Below, in pieces: positions 23,557-36,009 of a DNA stretch of 64,000 nucleotides (within the stretch, counting starts at the first letter, position 1; every line of letters starts with the position of its first letter). The stretch lies in the NCBI GenBank assembly GCA_009103225.1, contig RHPI01003009.1, positions 210,091 through 274,090 on the forward strand, given 5' to 3'. The notes under the pieces are model-generated. The model was not told the DNA's origin and made no database searches. It saw only the letters and a list, made by a program, of their open reading frames with translations. The translations under genes were made by a program, and so were the position numbers. This DNA comes from Chlorokybus atmophyticus. Lineage: Eukaryota; Plantae; Mesostigma and Chlorokybus algae.

Positions 23557-26500
23557 TGTGAGGATCAGGCAGTAGTAGAGCTGGTGACGCTCTCCTCCTT
23601 ACTGTATCTACTGTGCTGTAGTACACACAGTCAACAAGCCACTACGATAGGTAGTGCTGTATACATAATTTTTGCATGAGTGGATGGTGTACTACACAAT
23701 CAGGTGAGGTGATTGAACAAGCAACTCAGAGATGCTATGTCCTGACTGATGCAGCAAACACACCACCGCCAAGCTCATAGCAACGACAAGCATAGCGCAC
23801 AAGAGCATGTTGACTAGAGATGCTGCATGCAACCATGCACAACAAGCATACACAGCACAGTGGTAAGAGCAGAGCTACACCGCCAACGTAGTGACCAGAG
23901 AAGTGAACTAACTCAATAATCCGCGGCCTGTCGGCTCTAGGCCCTCAGTCTGGGTCCTACCAAAGACCAGACTGTACTAGTCCTAACTGCCTGCAGCCTA
24001 TACATGCAGCTGCAGTCTATGAGTAGTTTATCGAGTACTAGCTTAATAAGTTACAACAGGGCTACTTAAGCTAATTGGACAATAGCACATAAGTGTCATA
24101 CGCTATACATGTAGAGAACACTGCAAATCATGCTATGTTCTCCACACTCCCACGCAGGCAGCTTGGCCAGCTCTGAATCTTCTGAACTTCGTCTTCTGTG
24201 TCTTCATCTTCATTGTCCGGATGCCCAGTCCTTCACAGCATGCTCTGAAATCTTCACAGGCAGTGCCTTCGTCATGAAGTCAGCCAGCATCTCCTCAGTG
24301 CTACAGTAAACAAACTCAACCTCATCCCTCGCCACTCTGTCTCTCACAAAGTGATGGTGCACATCAATGTGCTTGCTCATGGCCGAGAGAATGGGATTCT
24401 TCAGTAGCTTCACTGCTCCTTGGTTGTCACAGGACATCTCCACGCTTCCACATGGATGACTAAGGTCTCTTAGCAGCTCTTTAAGCCACAATGCCTCCTT
24501 TGCCGCTGCTGTAAAGGCCATGTACTCTGCTTCGGTAGTGGAAGCTGCCACTGTTGGTTGCAGCTTGCTGTTCCAGCTAACCACTCCACCATTTTGCTTA
24601 AAGACATATCCAGTGGTTGACCTTCTGGTACTTAGGTCACCAGCATAATCGGCATCACAGTAGCCTTGCAACTCCTGATTGCCCCGCCCATATTGGATGC
24701 CAATTGTTGCTGTCCATGACAAGTAGCGTAGTATTCCTTTTGCTGCCAACCAATGCTGCATTGTTGGAGCAGACATGTACCTTGCCAATTGTCCTACAGC
24801 ATGTGCAATGTCAGGCCGAGACGCAATGAACAGGTAGAGAAGGCTCCCCACAAGCTCGCAGTAGGGATACTTTGCCTTGTCTAGCTCTTCATCACTGTCC
24901 AGTGCTCTCACCAACTGAACTCCCACACTCAGTGGCACCTCTCTGACATCCGCGTTGTCGAGCCCAAACTTTGTCACCAGCTACTTCACCACTTGCTCTT
25001 GCGAAATGGTGATGGTTCCAGCAGCTCTGTTTCTGGTGACAACCATATTGAGAAAGTATGTTGTCTCGCTTAAGTCTAAACACTCGAATACAGCCTGCAG
25101 CTGAGTCTTTACTCGCTGCACTCCAGACATTATAAACGCTGCAATGAAAATGTCGTCTATGTACACCAACAGCCATACTTGCTTGCTCCTGTGGTAGAAC
25201 AAGCTTGGATCTGCCAAACTTGCAGTAAACCCCTTTTGAAGCTCCTTGCACAGTCTTGCATGCCACACCCGTGGTGCTTGCTTCAAGCCATACGATGCTT
25301 TAACCAATCTGCATGCTGTACCAGGTGGCCACTCCTGTTACCCTTTTTGTTGCTGGATGTAGATTCTCTCCTACAGCTCCCCATACGGCAATGCTGTCTC
25401 GACATCCAAGTGATGGAACTCCAGACTGTCTGCTGACACAATTGCCACCATAGCTTTGAAGGTTGCCAACTTCCCCGCAGGTGCAAACACCTCATCGAAG
25501 TCCACTCCTTCTTGCTGAAAAAAAACCTTTGGCAACCAATCTAGCTTTGTACCTCTCAATGTTGCCATTACCGTCCCTCTTCACCTTAAACACCCACTTG
25601 ACAGGAATAGGCTTGACCCCTGCAGGTGGAACCTTAAGTTGCCATGTTGCATTGGCCTGCAGCAAGGCTATCTCTTCATCTTGTTGCCTGACGCCAAATG
25701 TCTGCATCACTCCTCATGAGTGCTTTGTCATATGTCGCTGACTTCACACTTTGTGAATCTGAGCCTGCCATATAGTCAAACTCCTTGTGGAAATGAACAA
25801 GACCCTTCATGTCGCGCCCAGGATAATGCCCCCTGCCATGTTGTTGGTTTTGCTACTAATGATGACTCCTCTCATCTCTGCGCGCAGCGCTGCTCACTTT
25901 TTTAGGGCTGAGCTCTCTTGCCGGATCATAACCACTGTCCATTAGATATGGAACACTTGTTGCTGTACTTAACTCAGGCTGTTGTTGATCATCATCAGTG
26001 CCTTTATCTTCTAATGAATCGCTGTCACGAATCTCCTGCAATTGCTGTGCTCCCACGGCTTTCATGGAATACAACTTCTCTGTTGATCACAATCTTCTGA
26101 GTATCCTCGAGCAGCACCCTATAAGCCTTGGAGTCAGGCTCATAGCCAAAGAAGACACCTTTCTTGCTGACCGGGTTCAGCTTCTTCCTTTGCTGCTTGG
26201 GTGTTAATACATATGCAGTGCAGCCAAACCCTCGCATGTTGCTAACGATTGGAGCCTTCACGAAAAACAGCTCCCACAGAGTTTTTACTTGAGCACGCAC
26301 TGGCAATCTATTCCTGATGTAGTTGGCTGACAAGACCGCTTCTGCCCACGAGCAATACTCCAACTTTGCATCACTCAGCATAGCACGAACTCTCTCCATC
26401 AAAGTTGGACTCAGCTCTCTGCTGCACTTATCTGCTGCAAAGTTGTACGGGGCTATTGTCTGATGCACAATGCCTTGTGAAGACCAGAATGCAGACAGCT

Positions 26501-27505
26501 CCTTGTCAGGTACTCCCTTCGTCTGTCACTGCTGACTGTCTTCACAAATTTGCCAGACACATTCTTCAACCACAGTACCACCTCTTTCACCACAGCTGGG
26601 ACATCTGACTTGAGCTTCACATAACGCACCAATGACAGCGTGGAGAAGTCATCAAGGAAGGTGACATTGTAAGATGCTGACCCCTTCAATGGCTCTGGTA
26701 ACGGACCACACACATCTGTGTGCACCAAATGTCCTACGTGCTCACTGACGCCCTCAGACTTGTGGAAAGGTTGCCTACGCATCTTGGACAGCACACATGG
26801 CTTGCACAACACGCCTCTAGATCATGTAATCAGCGCCTTGCTCACATCGATGCCTCTGACCAGATCTTCAGCCACCAAAACGATGAAGGTTGTCATACCC
26901 AAGGTGTTCAAACCGTCAATGCCAAAGTTTAGATGACTCAGGAACTGTCGCCACTAGCGCCTTGTCAGTCTCAGCTTCTTCTATCAGGTAGAGCCCGTCC
27001 TGCTGTTCCCTCGCGATGAGACACACCTTGCCATCAACACGCAGACAAACTCCTGCTCCTTTTCCTGACAGATTGGCTCCAGCCTTCAACGCAGCCTTCA
27101 AGGAGAAGAGGCTAGCCTGTGCACACCTTCTTGTGGGAGATGAAGAACCTTCTTTAGCTCCACCCTGTACACACCTTCTCCCACCTTGCATTGAAGCACT
27201 GCCTGGCCTGTACCTGCTACCTCAAGGCTCCCACCCAACACCTCCACAGTGCAGGGACTTGTCTGAGCCTTGTAGTTCTATAGCAGCTCAGCATCAGGAG
27301 TAAGATGCTGCGAACAACTAAAATTAAACACCCACACAGACATCTATCTTTCTGTGGATGCTGTGAAGGCAACTGCTCCACCCACTCCTCTCTGTCCACC
27401 CTGTGAATTGCCCTTTGCTGATCTCAGCTGCTGACAATTACTCTTCTTGTGCCCAACTTTGTCGCAATGGAAGCACTTCCCTTTGAAAGGCTTCTTCAGC
27501 TTCTT
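23557..27505 (-). mobile_element. Copia LTR retrotransposon A, 5'-truncated and degenerate (gag knuckle-PR-INT-RT-RH; tentative 3' LTR 23557-24146)
   Basis: CFHCDKVGHKKSNC knuckle near 27450, LVHTDVCGP integrase, YGLKQAPRVW/YIDD RT, GYCDADYAG...SKHIDVHHHF RNase H. GGGAG polypurine stretch followed by TG at 24146. The left LTR border is a guess. Confidence 0.85.
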
Positions 27506-28525
27506 CTACATGAGTTTGACGGCAGGACCCAACACTAGGAACGTGGATTGCAGCTTGCCACAGATGCGGGCTAGCAACTTCACCGGCACATGTCGCGTAT
27601 CTCGAAAGGCGCGCTGCAAGTCTCTGAGCAAACCATCCCGCTTCTTGCCAGGGACACAAATGGTGCCAGCGTGTGTATCCCACAGAAAGCCGAGGAAGAT
27701 GATGACTCTGCTAAGCACAGTCTGTGCCTTGGTGTTGATTACTAACCCGCACCACGCTGCGTCTGCTTGCACCACAGCCAGGGTGGAAGCATGTGCTGCC
27801 CGTGAACGAGCAGCAAAGAGGAAGTCATCAATGTAGGGCAATACACGGATGCCTAGCACACGCCAGCGCCTCACCAACTGCTTCATCACTTTGGTGACTA
27901 CAAAGCACGCCGTGCTCAACCCAAATGGCAGCGAGCAAAAGTTGTACACTTTGCCCGCAAATGAGAACCCCAGATAGCCCCAAAAGGCGGGGTGAATGTC
28001 CACATGGTGGTATCCAGACTTCAAGTCCGTGGAGAACAACCAGTCCTCGGGTTGCAGCAAGTCTGGGATGCTGCGCACATCTTCATACTTGAACGGCGTG
28101 TTCACCAAGTAGGAGTTGACATAGCGCAACTCCATGATGAGGCGTAGCTTGCGCCCATCATCCACCACATTGAGTGGGCTCACCACGAGGGGGGGCGTGA
28201 CACACTCTTGTGCAGCCCCACTATGAACCAAGTTGGCAATGGCCGCTGCAGTGAAGTCCGCAAACTCGTGTACCCCCTTATGGTTGGTGAACGCCCATTC
28301 TGGCGGTGGGTCTTGAGCCCACGGTAGTTTGTAGCCATACTCCACCCAAGACAAGACCATAGTAGACTCGCAGAACGCGCGCCATGCAGGAAGAGCATTA
28401 CGCAATCGATGACGCATGTAAGGTCCCTCAACGGTGAGGTTTGCAGGCACACGCGCAAACTTATGATGCTTCATCCAGTCGTGCACAAGTTCCTCCTCCG
28501 TGCTAGTGTACGCCCCTGTAGACAA
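27506..28525 (-). CDS. DIRS-type reverse transcriptase, truncated before RNase H
   Basis: YGYKLPW, SPLNVVDDGRKLRLIMELRYVN, TDLKSGYHHV, LPFGLS, YIDD. Confidence 0.9.
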   Translation of the reverse strand: MSTGAYTSTEEELVHDWMKHHKFARVPANLTVEGPYMRHRLRNALPAWRAFCESTMVLSWVEYGYKLPWAQDPPPEWAFTNHKGVHEFADFTAAAIANLVHSGAAQECVTPPLVVSPLNVVDDGRKLRLIMELRYVNSYLVNTPFKYEDVRSIPDLLQPEDWLFSTDLKSGYHHVDIHPAFWGYLGFSFAGKVYNFCSLPFGLSTACFVVTKVMKQLVRRWRVLGIRVLPYIDDFLFAARSRAAHASTLAVVQADAAWCGLVINTKAQTVLSRVIIFLGFLWDTHAGTICVPGKKRDGLLRDLQRAFRDTRHVPVKLLARICGKLQSTFLVLGPAVKLM

Positions 28526-30789
28526 CTGGTGTTACTATGGATGCACTCCTAGCATACCCGCGTGTGCACATTGCAACACCTAAACCGCCACAACTATTGC
28601 ATATAGTGTCCAAATGCCATGAGGACGGGCTCATTGCAAAGCTCTAGTGCTCATAAAGGCAACCACCGAGTAGCATTGATGTTCAATGGCGTTCAAGGGC
28701 CCAAAGCCCTTAGCATCACCAATTAGCCATAATCGGCGCAAACAAAGTCAGAAACCGATTCTGATTTAATCAATCTAAGCCTCTCCGCCTCATTGTGGTG
28801 ATCCCAGAGTGTCTCCCATTTAAGGGTGTTCTGAGACCACAAAACAAAGTTACAAGCAAAATGGTGATTTCGCCAAGTTTAAACCACCAAACTTCCACTT
28901 TCATTCATCACGCTCGCAGTTTCATTCACTAATATAGCAGTCGCAAACACAAAAAGGTGCCCCACCGGGCTACCGCATCAACGAGTGCAAGTGTACAGCT
29001 ACGGGGCTGTCACATCAGCTACAAAGCTGTTCTATCGGCCCCCACGGTCAGTGGAGGCCTTACGGCAATAGGCACGCAGGTGCCCAGGCTCCCCACAGTT
29101 GTAACAGGTGCGGGTGTCACGCTGGCCCCGTGTAGAAGCGGCCTGGGATTGCATGGGAGCGGTCCTGTAGCTGGTGTTCCCCGCACCAGATGCGTAGGAC
29201 CCAGAGTAGCGAGGGGGGTACTGGCCCCGCCCCTTGTTAGGAGTGTAGGCAGGCTTTGCCTTGTGCTTGGGCTGCGCCGCAGCCGCCTCCTTGATTGCCT
29301 TCTTAAGGCGCTTCGCCTCGGCGTCATCCGCGGCCAGAGGATGTCCCTCGAGCTCCTCCACCACTTTTCAGTTGTGTTTGTTGGCTACTTCTAAGTAGTG
29401 AAACTGTTTGAATACCTCCTCAAATGCTGCGCACAAAGCACATGTAAGCAACACGAGTTGCATCAGCACACTGGCTCAAAGCCATAGGGTCCAGCGCCAA
29501 GCGCACCCACATCCCACCCTCAACTTTACCTACCACATGCCCTGCGGATGCGGATGCATATGATGTGCCCTGTTGTGCTTGTTACCTTGCTGTGAGGTAG
29601 TCATAATGTGAATACAGGGGTGAGCATGCAAAGGTGTTAAGTGCGGGCCCTCCCCCCCCGCCGGATATGGGGGGAGGAGGGATGCGGAACAAATGCATCT
29701 CGTGCATCTATGTTGACCAGGGGAAGCGCCTTTATAAGGCCCATAGCGCACGCATGTGCAAGTGGGCCTGGACCAAGTCCACACCCACATGATGATGTTT
29801 GTATGGACGCTCGTGCACATGACGCTACGAAGAATGAGCCCACCTTTCATGTTCTCCCGGCGACCACGAGCGAAGTGAAGATCGTTGAGAAAATGAGCGG
29901 GCACACGGTCGAAGGAGCTCGCCGCCGCGCCAATGTGAGCCGCCACATCCACATGTTGCCGAGCCCGCTTCTTCAAGTTCTCCTTCCAAGGGGTCGCGGG
30001 CTCGGTGTAGCGGTTGCACAACGCCGCCACCCGAGCATTAGGAGTGTTGGAGTCGCTCTCGCGGCGAAGGATGCTCACAAGTAGTGGATGGTTGGGCTCG
30101 TCCATGGGCTCATCAAGAGGGATGGCGGGCGCTTTTCCACGCTTGAGGCGGATGTTTTTCGCTTCCAACTCCTCCAACCTCTTCACCATGGCCTCCGTGG
30201 GTGTGGTGGAGGCGTTGGAAACCGGGCTTGCCGCCCTCTTTCTACGCTTGTAAGTGACCGCGAGTCGTCGTCGTCATGATTATCCTCATCATCACCATCA
30301 CCATGACCATCACCATCACCATCACCATCACCATCACCATCACCATCCTTGTTCACCTCCTCCCCATCCACCACGGGGGGGTGCTTTCTTTTCTCCTCAC
30401 TCTCCGTTCGCCTCTCCTCCTCCTCACTCAAGGTCTGGCGACGCGGACTTCTCGCCTTTGCCAAGCGGTTGGAGGCCATGAGAGCCGCCGCCGCCGAGGC
30501 TTCCACGTCCTCGCATTGCCCTTGGGCGCTTGCTTGCGCCCGCGTCAACCTCTTGTCCATGGTGAAGGTCCCCCTTCCCCCTCACCACACTCGCCACCCT
30601 CGCCAAGGATGGCGCCGCCGTGCTAGGGTTTCAAGCGACTAGATAAGGAGCTTGTGGCTCACACTCACGCCTAGTGAGTGCTTGTGCCCCCTAGTGCCCG
30701 ATGCACTAGGGGCACAAGAGTCTCATAACTCATTAATGAGTTCTTGAGTTCATGGGCGCGCATTTCATGCGCTTCATGAACTCATATAC
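27506..30789 (-). mobile_element. DIRS/PAT-like tyrosine-recombinase retrotransposon, 5' half (A repeat, gag, RT)
   Basis: A repeat 30585-30789, ORF1 from 30560 ending in the CYNCGEPGHLRAYC knuckle, and a DIRS-type RT. Confidence 0.88.
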
Positions 30790-32613
30790 CACCGAGGAAA
30801 AGGAGCCAAGCACCTACCATAAGACCATTACAGCTTCTAATGATGAGTTCTTGCGTAAGGCCATAAATGAGGAGATTGCTTCGCTACACGCTAACAAGAC
30901 TTGGGTACTTGATCAGGTTCCACAAGGCGTCAAGCTTATGCCTGTCGAGTGGGTGTACAAGGTCAAGTGTGATGGCAAGGGCAAGATTGAGCGCCATACA
31001 GCGCGACTTGTGGCAAAGTGCTTCCTACAAGAGGAGGGCATTGACTACAAGGAGGTGTTTGCGTCTGCTGGTAAGCACACAACCTTCAAGGCACTGCTTG
31101 CAAAGGTTGCTATAAAGGACTTGGAGCTGCACCACCTGAATGTGAAGACTGCTTTTCTCTATAATGAGTTGGATGAGCGGATCTACGTGCAGCAGCCTCA
31201 AGGTTAAGAGGAGGGAGGCTCACACAAGGCTTGTTTGCTACACAACGCTCGTTATGGGCTTATGCAAGCGCTGAGAGTCTTGCACATACGGCTCAGCAAG
31301 GAGCTAGAAAAGATGCGCGATCAGCAATTATTATTAAACCCTGGGCTCTTCATTGGTGAAGGCGGCCAAGTGTGGTTGCTGATGTACGTGGACGACATCA
31401 TCTTGGCATCACATGACACTGCACCAATATCACATACTAAGGTGACACTGCAATCTGCTTTTAAGACTCGGGATCTTGGCAATGCATGCCTGTTCCTCGG
31501 CATTGTCATCATTCGAGAGAGAGTTGCAAGGACGATTAAGATCACTCAAATGCCGATGGTCCTAGATGTACTCTAGAAGGTCAAGTTGCAAAGCGCCAAG
31601 GGCAAGGCAACACCACTGAGCGTGGGAGTACATGTACTCACAAGACACTACCGCAGTGCTTGATAAGGCTATATATCCATATGGTGAGCTGATAGGAGCC
31701 TCATGTGCATATCCATCAGCACGAGGCCTGACGTCGCACAAGCTGTGGGAGCCTTGGCAAGACACATATAAGCACCAACCATGGATCACTGCAAGGCGGC
31801 AAAAGGAGTTCTTCGCTACCTTAGTAGCACCCCGGACATGGGCATTACTTTTGGAAGGACAAAGGACATCACAATACACGGTTACTGTGATGCGGACTAT
31901 GCGGGGGACCTCGACACGAGGAGGTCTACCACATGATACACTTTTCTAATGGGAGGAGGCGCCCTCAATTAAAACAGCCGACTACAACCAATGATTACTG
32001 CATCAACCACTGAGGCCCAATACATGGCGGCTTCATCTGCGGTGAAGGAAGCGTTATGGCTTCGCAAGTTGGTCACTGACTTGGGACATGCAACGAGCCG
32101 TGTCACAATTATGCGTGATAACCAGGAAATGCTCAAGTTAAGCATGCACCCCATTACATCAGCCAGGTCGAAGCATATCGACATCATGCACCACCTGGTG
32201 AGAGAGAGAGTTGCTTGAGGCAAGGTAGGGTTTAGGGATGGCAGCACGGAGGATATGCTCGCAAACTGCATAAACCAAACCACTACCACCAACCAAGTAA
32301 ACTGGTTGCTTGCGCTCGGAGTGTTACAGATACTCTGCTCGCATGGGAGTGTTAAAGGTACTTTGGTAGGCGCCTTAGCTAAACTTATACAATCATCTTC
32401 ACTTTAGGAGTTACGGTCAGTTGCCGTTATGGGAGTTACAGTCCACCCTAGTCAATGTTGACTTTGACTTTGACTATGACCTTTAACTTGGACTAGTGTT
32501 GACTAGTGTTGACATTAACTAGCATTGACTGATGTTGACTAGCACGCGCTAGTGTACCATATAAGATACTGTATGTTGTGCACTACAGTAAGATCCACTG
32601 TGCTCTGTTGACA
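30790..32613 (+). mobile_element. Copia LTR retrotransposon B, 3' part (RT-RH, 3' LTR 32350-32613), degenerate
   Basis: KEPSTY...EEIASLHANKTW, RLVAK, YVDDIIL, GYCDADYAG, RSKHIDI. GGGAG followed by TGTTAA...TTGACA. Confidence 0.85.
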
Positions 32614-32619
32614 GCGCCA

Positions 32620-33632
32620 CACATGTGCTTCTCATTGGTGCTATTGTGCAATCGCAATATAGTGCACATAGCTGCTGCCGGGGGTGATGTGCGCCCTGTG
32701 ATGCACATCAAAAAGTTGTTGTTTGGGCTACAAGCAAGCCGAGCCTGGCAAGTTGCTGCGCTCCATTAAGCGGGTGGGGGGAACGTGATCATACGCGACA
32801 GCGCTGTACCATGTGTACCATACTTGCGGTTGGGAAAAGGCAGCCATTGAGGCGACGGGGGAGGACCCCACACGTTTTGGCACACACTCTGCCCATTCGG
32901 GTGCTGCAACCCAGGCGGTACAGGCTGGTGTGCCCCAGCACGTGTGGCAAAAGTTTGAACATTGGAAGTCTTCCACTGCGGCTGAGGGCTATGTGCGTGT
33001 GGCATTGCCTGACTTGCACACACTTATGAGAAGCCTCGGCTTAAGTGGTACGCGCTCATAGTGTTTTAATCTATCTATCGACCCATAGCGACCCCCCAGG
33101 ATGAGCCGTGTCGCATATATCTTGTGTGTGAATAATATGAGTTCATGAAGCGCATAAAATGCGCGCTCATAAACTCAAGAACTCGTTAATAAGTTATGAG
33201 ACTCTTGTGCCCGTAGTGCCTTGGGCACTTGGGGGCACAAGCACTCACTAGAGTGAGTTGTAAATCACAAGCTGCTTATCTAGTCGCTTGAAACCCTAGC
33301 ACGACGGCGCCACCCTTGGTGTGGGTGGCGGGTATGGTTTACTTTGCAGGTGTAAAGGCTTCGCAGGCTTCGACCTCTGCATCGGCAGCCATAGTGCCAG
33401 GTTGGCAATTGCAGAAGCGCGTGACTTTCGCACCTGTCGTGAACATGCAATAGTTCTCAGCAGCTGTAGCCTAGTACCCTAGTGCAGATGTTGTGTATAG
33501 GTCAGCCTATATCTGTACACTTGCACATTTGTTTTGTTATGCACTTGGGTGCTGGGCGTAGCCGCCGTACTATCGACCCCTATAGCGACCCCCCAGCATG
33601 AATTGTGTGTCGCAAATAACTCATGTGTGAGT
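32620..33632 (+). mobile_element. 3' end of a DIRS/PAT-like element: tyrosine recombinase C-terminus plus B1-A2-B2 split direct repeats
   Basis: FGTHSAHSGAAT...HWKSSTAAEGYV (HxxR altered to HxxH, catalytic Tyr present). B1 33075-33132, A2 33135-33338, B2 33570-33632. Confidence 0.82.
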
Positions 33633-34469
33633 TGTGCACAATGTCATATTGACGCCAATATGTCACATTATTTTCTCACTTACCTGCCGGTGAGGATTAG
33701 ACACTTATGCACCAGCAGTTCAACTTACAGCACACCTTGCAATAAGCAACACCCCATACAAAAGTTGATGGGGAGAGCGCCCTTCAACCGCTTCAACCAG
33801 GCACCCAACACACAAGCAGCTTCGCAAGGATAGTAAGTGATTGCCACCACAAGGTGGTAGTCATGCCCTTGTACTCCTGCTGCTCTCTAACCTGGCAAAA
33901 TAAAGACCAACAAGGTCTTGCTTCCTACGCGCTAAATTGACAGCACAGGCTGACTTTATATACACTCAGACACTTCAACACAAATAGCATGACTGCTGCC
34001 TGTGCGACAATGCGCATTGACATTGTCATGCCAAATACCCTCGCATGCCAGTCCTCTTTGAGCATGCCTATCCCACCCCAAGCCCGGGCTACCAGCATAA
34101 AGACCGCGCGCGCCCCAGTGTACTTTTAGCTACTTTGTACTCTTATAGCATGTAGCTAGGGCTACTCTATAGACCTCTCTGTAGGAACCGCGCGTAGCTG
34201 ATCATTTAAGAATCAATTATTAGCTCGTGTGCTATATTAAGTCTTAGGGCATTTTCGCAATAACATACGGTCTTCATGTGACCATTGGCACTGCACAGTC
34301 ATGATTTAACAGGTATAAGTAGGAAGTCATAGTACTAGACTCGCTGATGACACTGTGAGTGAGTACTCAGAGTAGAGACTCAAACTTTAAGAGCTTGTGA
34401 AGCGACTTGAATGGAAGCACGCCATCCTGGTTGCTAAGGACTGCCTTACCACGTGAGACACAGTGTATG

Positions 34470-34650
34470 CTCTTATGCGCTGTGCTTGTCGATTCTGCGA
34501 GCTTGGCGGTGATGTGTTTGCTGCATCAATCAGGACATAGCATGTCTAAGTTGTTCACTCACCTCATTTCAAAGTGTATTACATCATCCACTCATGCAAA
34601 GAACTGTGTATGCAGCACTACCTATCGCAGTGGCTTGTTCACTTACAATG
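34470..34650 (+). repeat. dispersed ~170-bp repeat, inverted copy of 23630-23810 (Copia A LTR region)
   Basis: Shared GAGCTTGGCGGTG.TGTGTTTGCTGCATCA.TCAGGACATAGCAT...CACTCATGCAAA...AGCACTACCTATCG; roughly 80% by eye. Confidence 0.7.
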
Positions 34651-35049
34651 TCATCCTCGTTGCTCAAGTGAGTGCATCGCATTCTGCTTTGAATTGTGCA
34701 ATGTGTAGTTGGGGATACATCCATGTGCATTTGCTATCACTGTCATCATATAGTGCACACACAAGCACTAGTGTGGTGAGTGGTAGCAGCATCAAGACAA
34801 TTGGTATAGCACAAGCACTCTACCCTGCATATGGACTAGCTGTATGAGCAGGCCCACCCCAGTCTTTTCAATAAAAATGGGTAATCTCAGCTGCTGAAGC
34901 CCAACCTTTAATTTCACCTACAAGCGAACCAGCGACGGGAGCAACAATCGCAGCAGCAGAGGCTCGCATTTGATTATCGGCTTCACTCCATTTCGGTTTA
35001 CCCCTCAGCATCGAGCTTCCCTTCTATCATCCGACAGCGTCGACTACGG

Positions 35050-35950
35050 CATGGGGTCTTCCAGCTCAACCACATCCATGCGCTTTTTGAAACGTGCTGG
35101 CCCTATCTCGTTGAACAAATTCCTCATCAAGTTCCATTCAAAGATGTGACAGCAAGCTCTGAAGAACGAAGACTAGTCATATGAGATTTATTTTCACCTT
35201 GCTGCTCAGTATTTGGACCATGAAGCACACTTTGTTAATAAGTCTGTTGCTGAATTGCATCGAGTTACTGGCTATGCGAGCTCATCAGCACCATAGCATC
35301 TGCATCACTACACAATCCAGCTGCTGTCTTTCCACCTACTATTCTCGATGCAGTCACCGGCTTGTTTATAGCTGCAGCCATTAACAGGGCAAATGAGGAG
35401 GAGCCTGAGTTGGTGATTGTCAACCTAACCGCTGCAGAAATTGAGACTACAATAGTTGCACGACATGCCCGCATTTCAAACCGTTTTGCTACTATCCTTA
35501 AAGAACATTGAGCTCCAGCCATTGAGGTGGGCACACCTCTACCTCTAGCAACACCTGGCTCTTGTGCGGCAGGCAGCACTTTCACCCTCGGGTCAGTTGC
35601 ACTGTGCGCATCAGCCATCACCGTAGGTGCTGCCATCTTTGACTCTCCACTCAAGGACCTATACGCTGCACTTCGTCGCACTTTCCCATCTCAGACCATC
35701 AGCAAAGTGGAGGAGCTGAAACGGTTTTAACGCAAGCCCAACGAGGACCCTCTACGCCTGTAACCCAGACTGGAACGGCTGTTGAAGGACATTAACTACA
35801 AGATCGTCCGTAATGAGGCTGCTGCAATGGTGTATATCAACGAGTTGGATGCCACATTGAGCGCGTCGTTGCGTCTGACCCTAAACTACAGCAAGCCCCT
35901 TGGCTACACGCTCAAAAAGGCTTTTAAACTGCACAAGCCATCTATAAGCG
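35050..35950 (+). pseudogene. highly degenerate gag-like ORF
   Basis: QTISKVEELKRF*RKPNEDPLRL*PRLERLL pattern resembles a retrotransposon gag; many stops. Confidence 0.35.
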
Positions 35951-36009
35951 CTTGGTGCATGAGAAGGCAGTGTTGGACACCAATCGCAGTGCCTCACGGC
36001 TTGTAGCCA

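Noticed and set aside
30254-30642. Poly-His / poly-Ile-Thr ORFs on the plus strand (also 62118-62699)
   Set aside because: Antisense readings of the (GAT GGT)n Asp-Gly repeat in DIRS ORF1.
34014-34266. Solo LTR candidate (TGTCATG...AATAACA)
   Set aside because: No matching target-site duplication and no second copy in the window.
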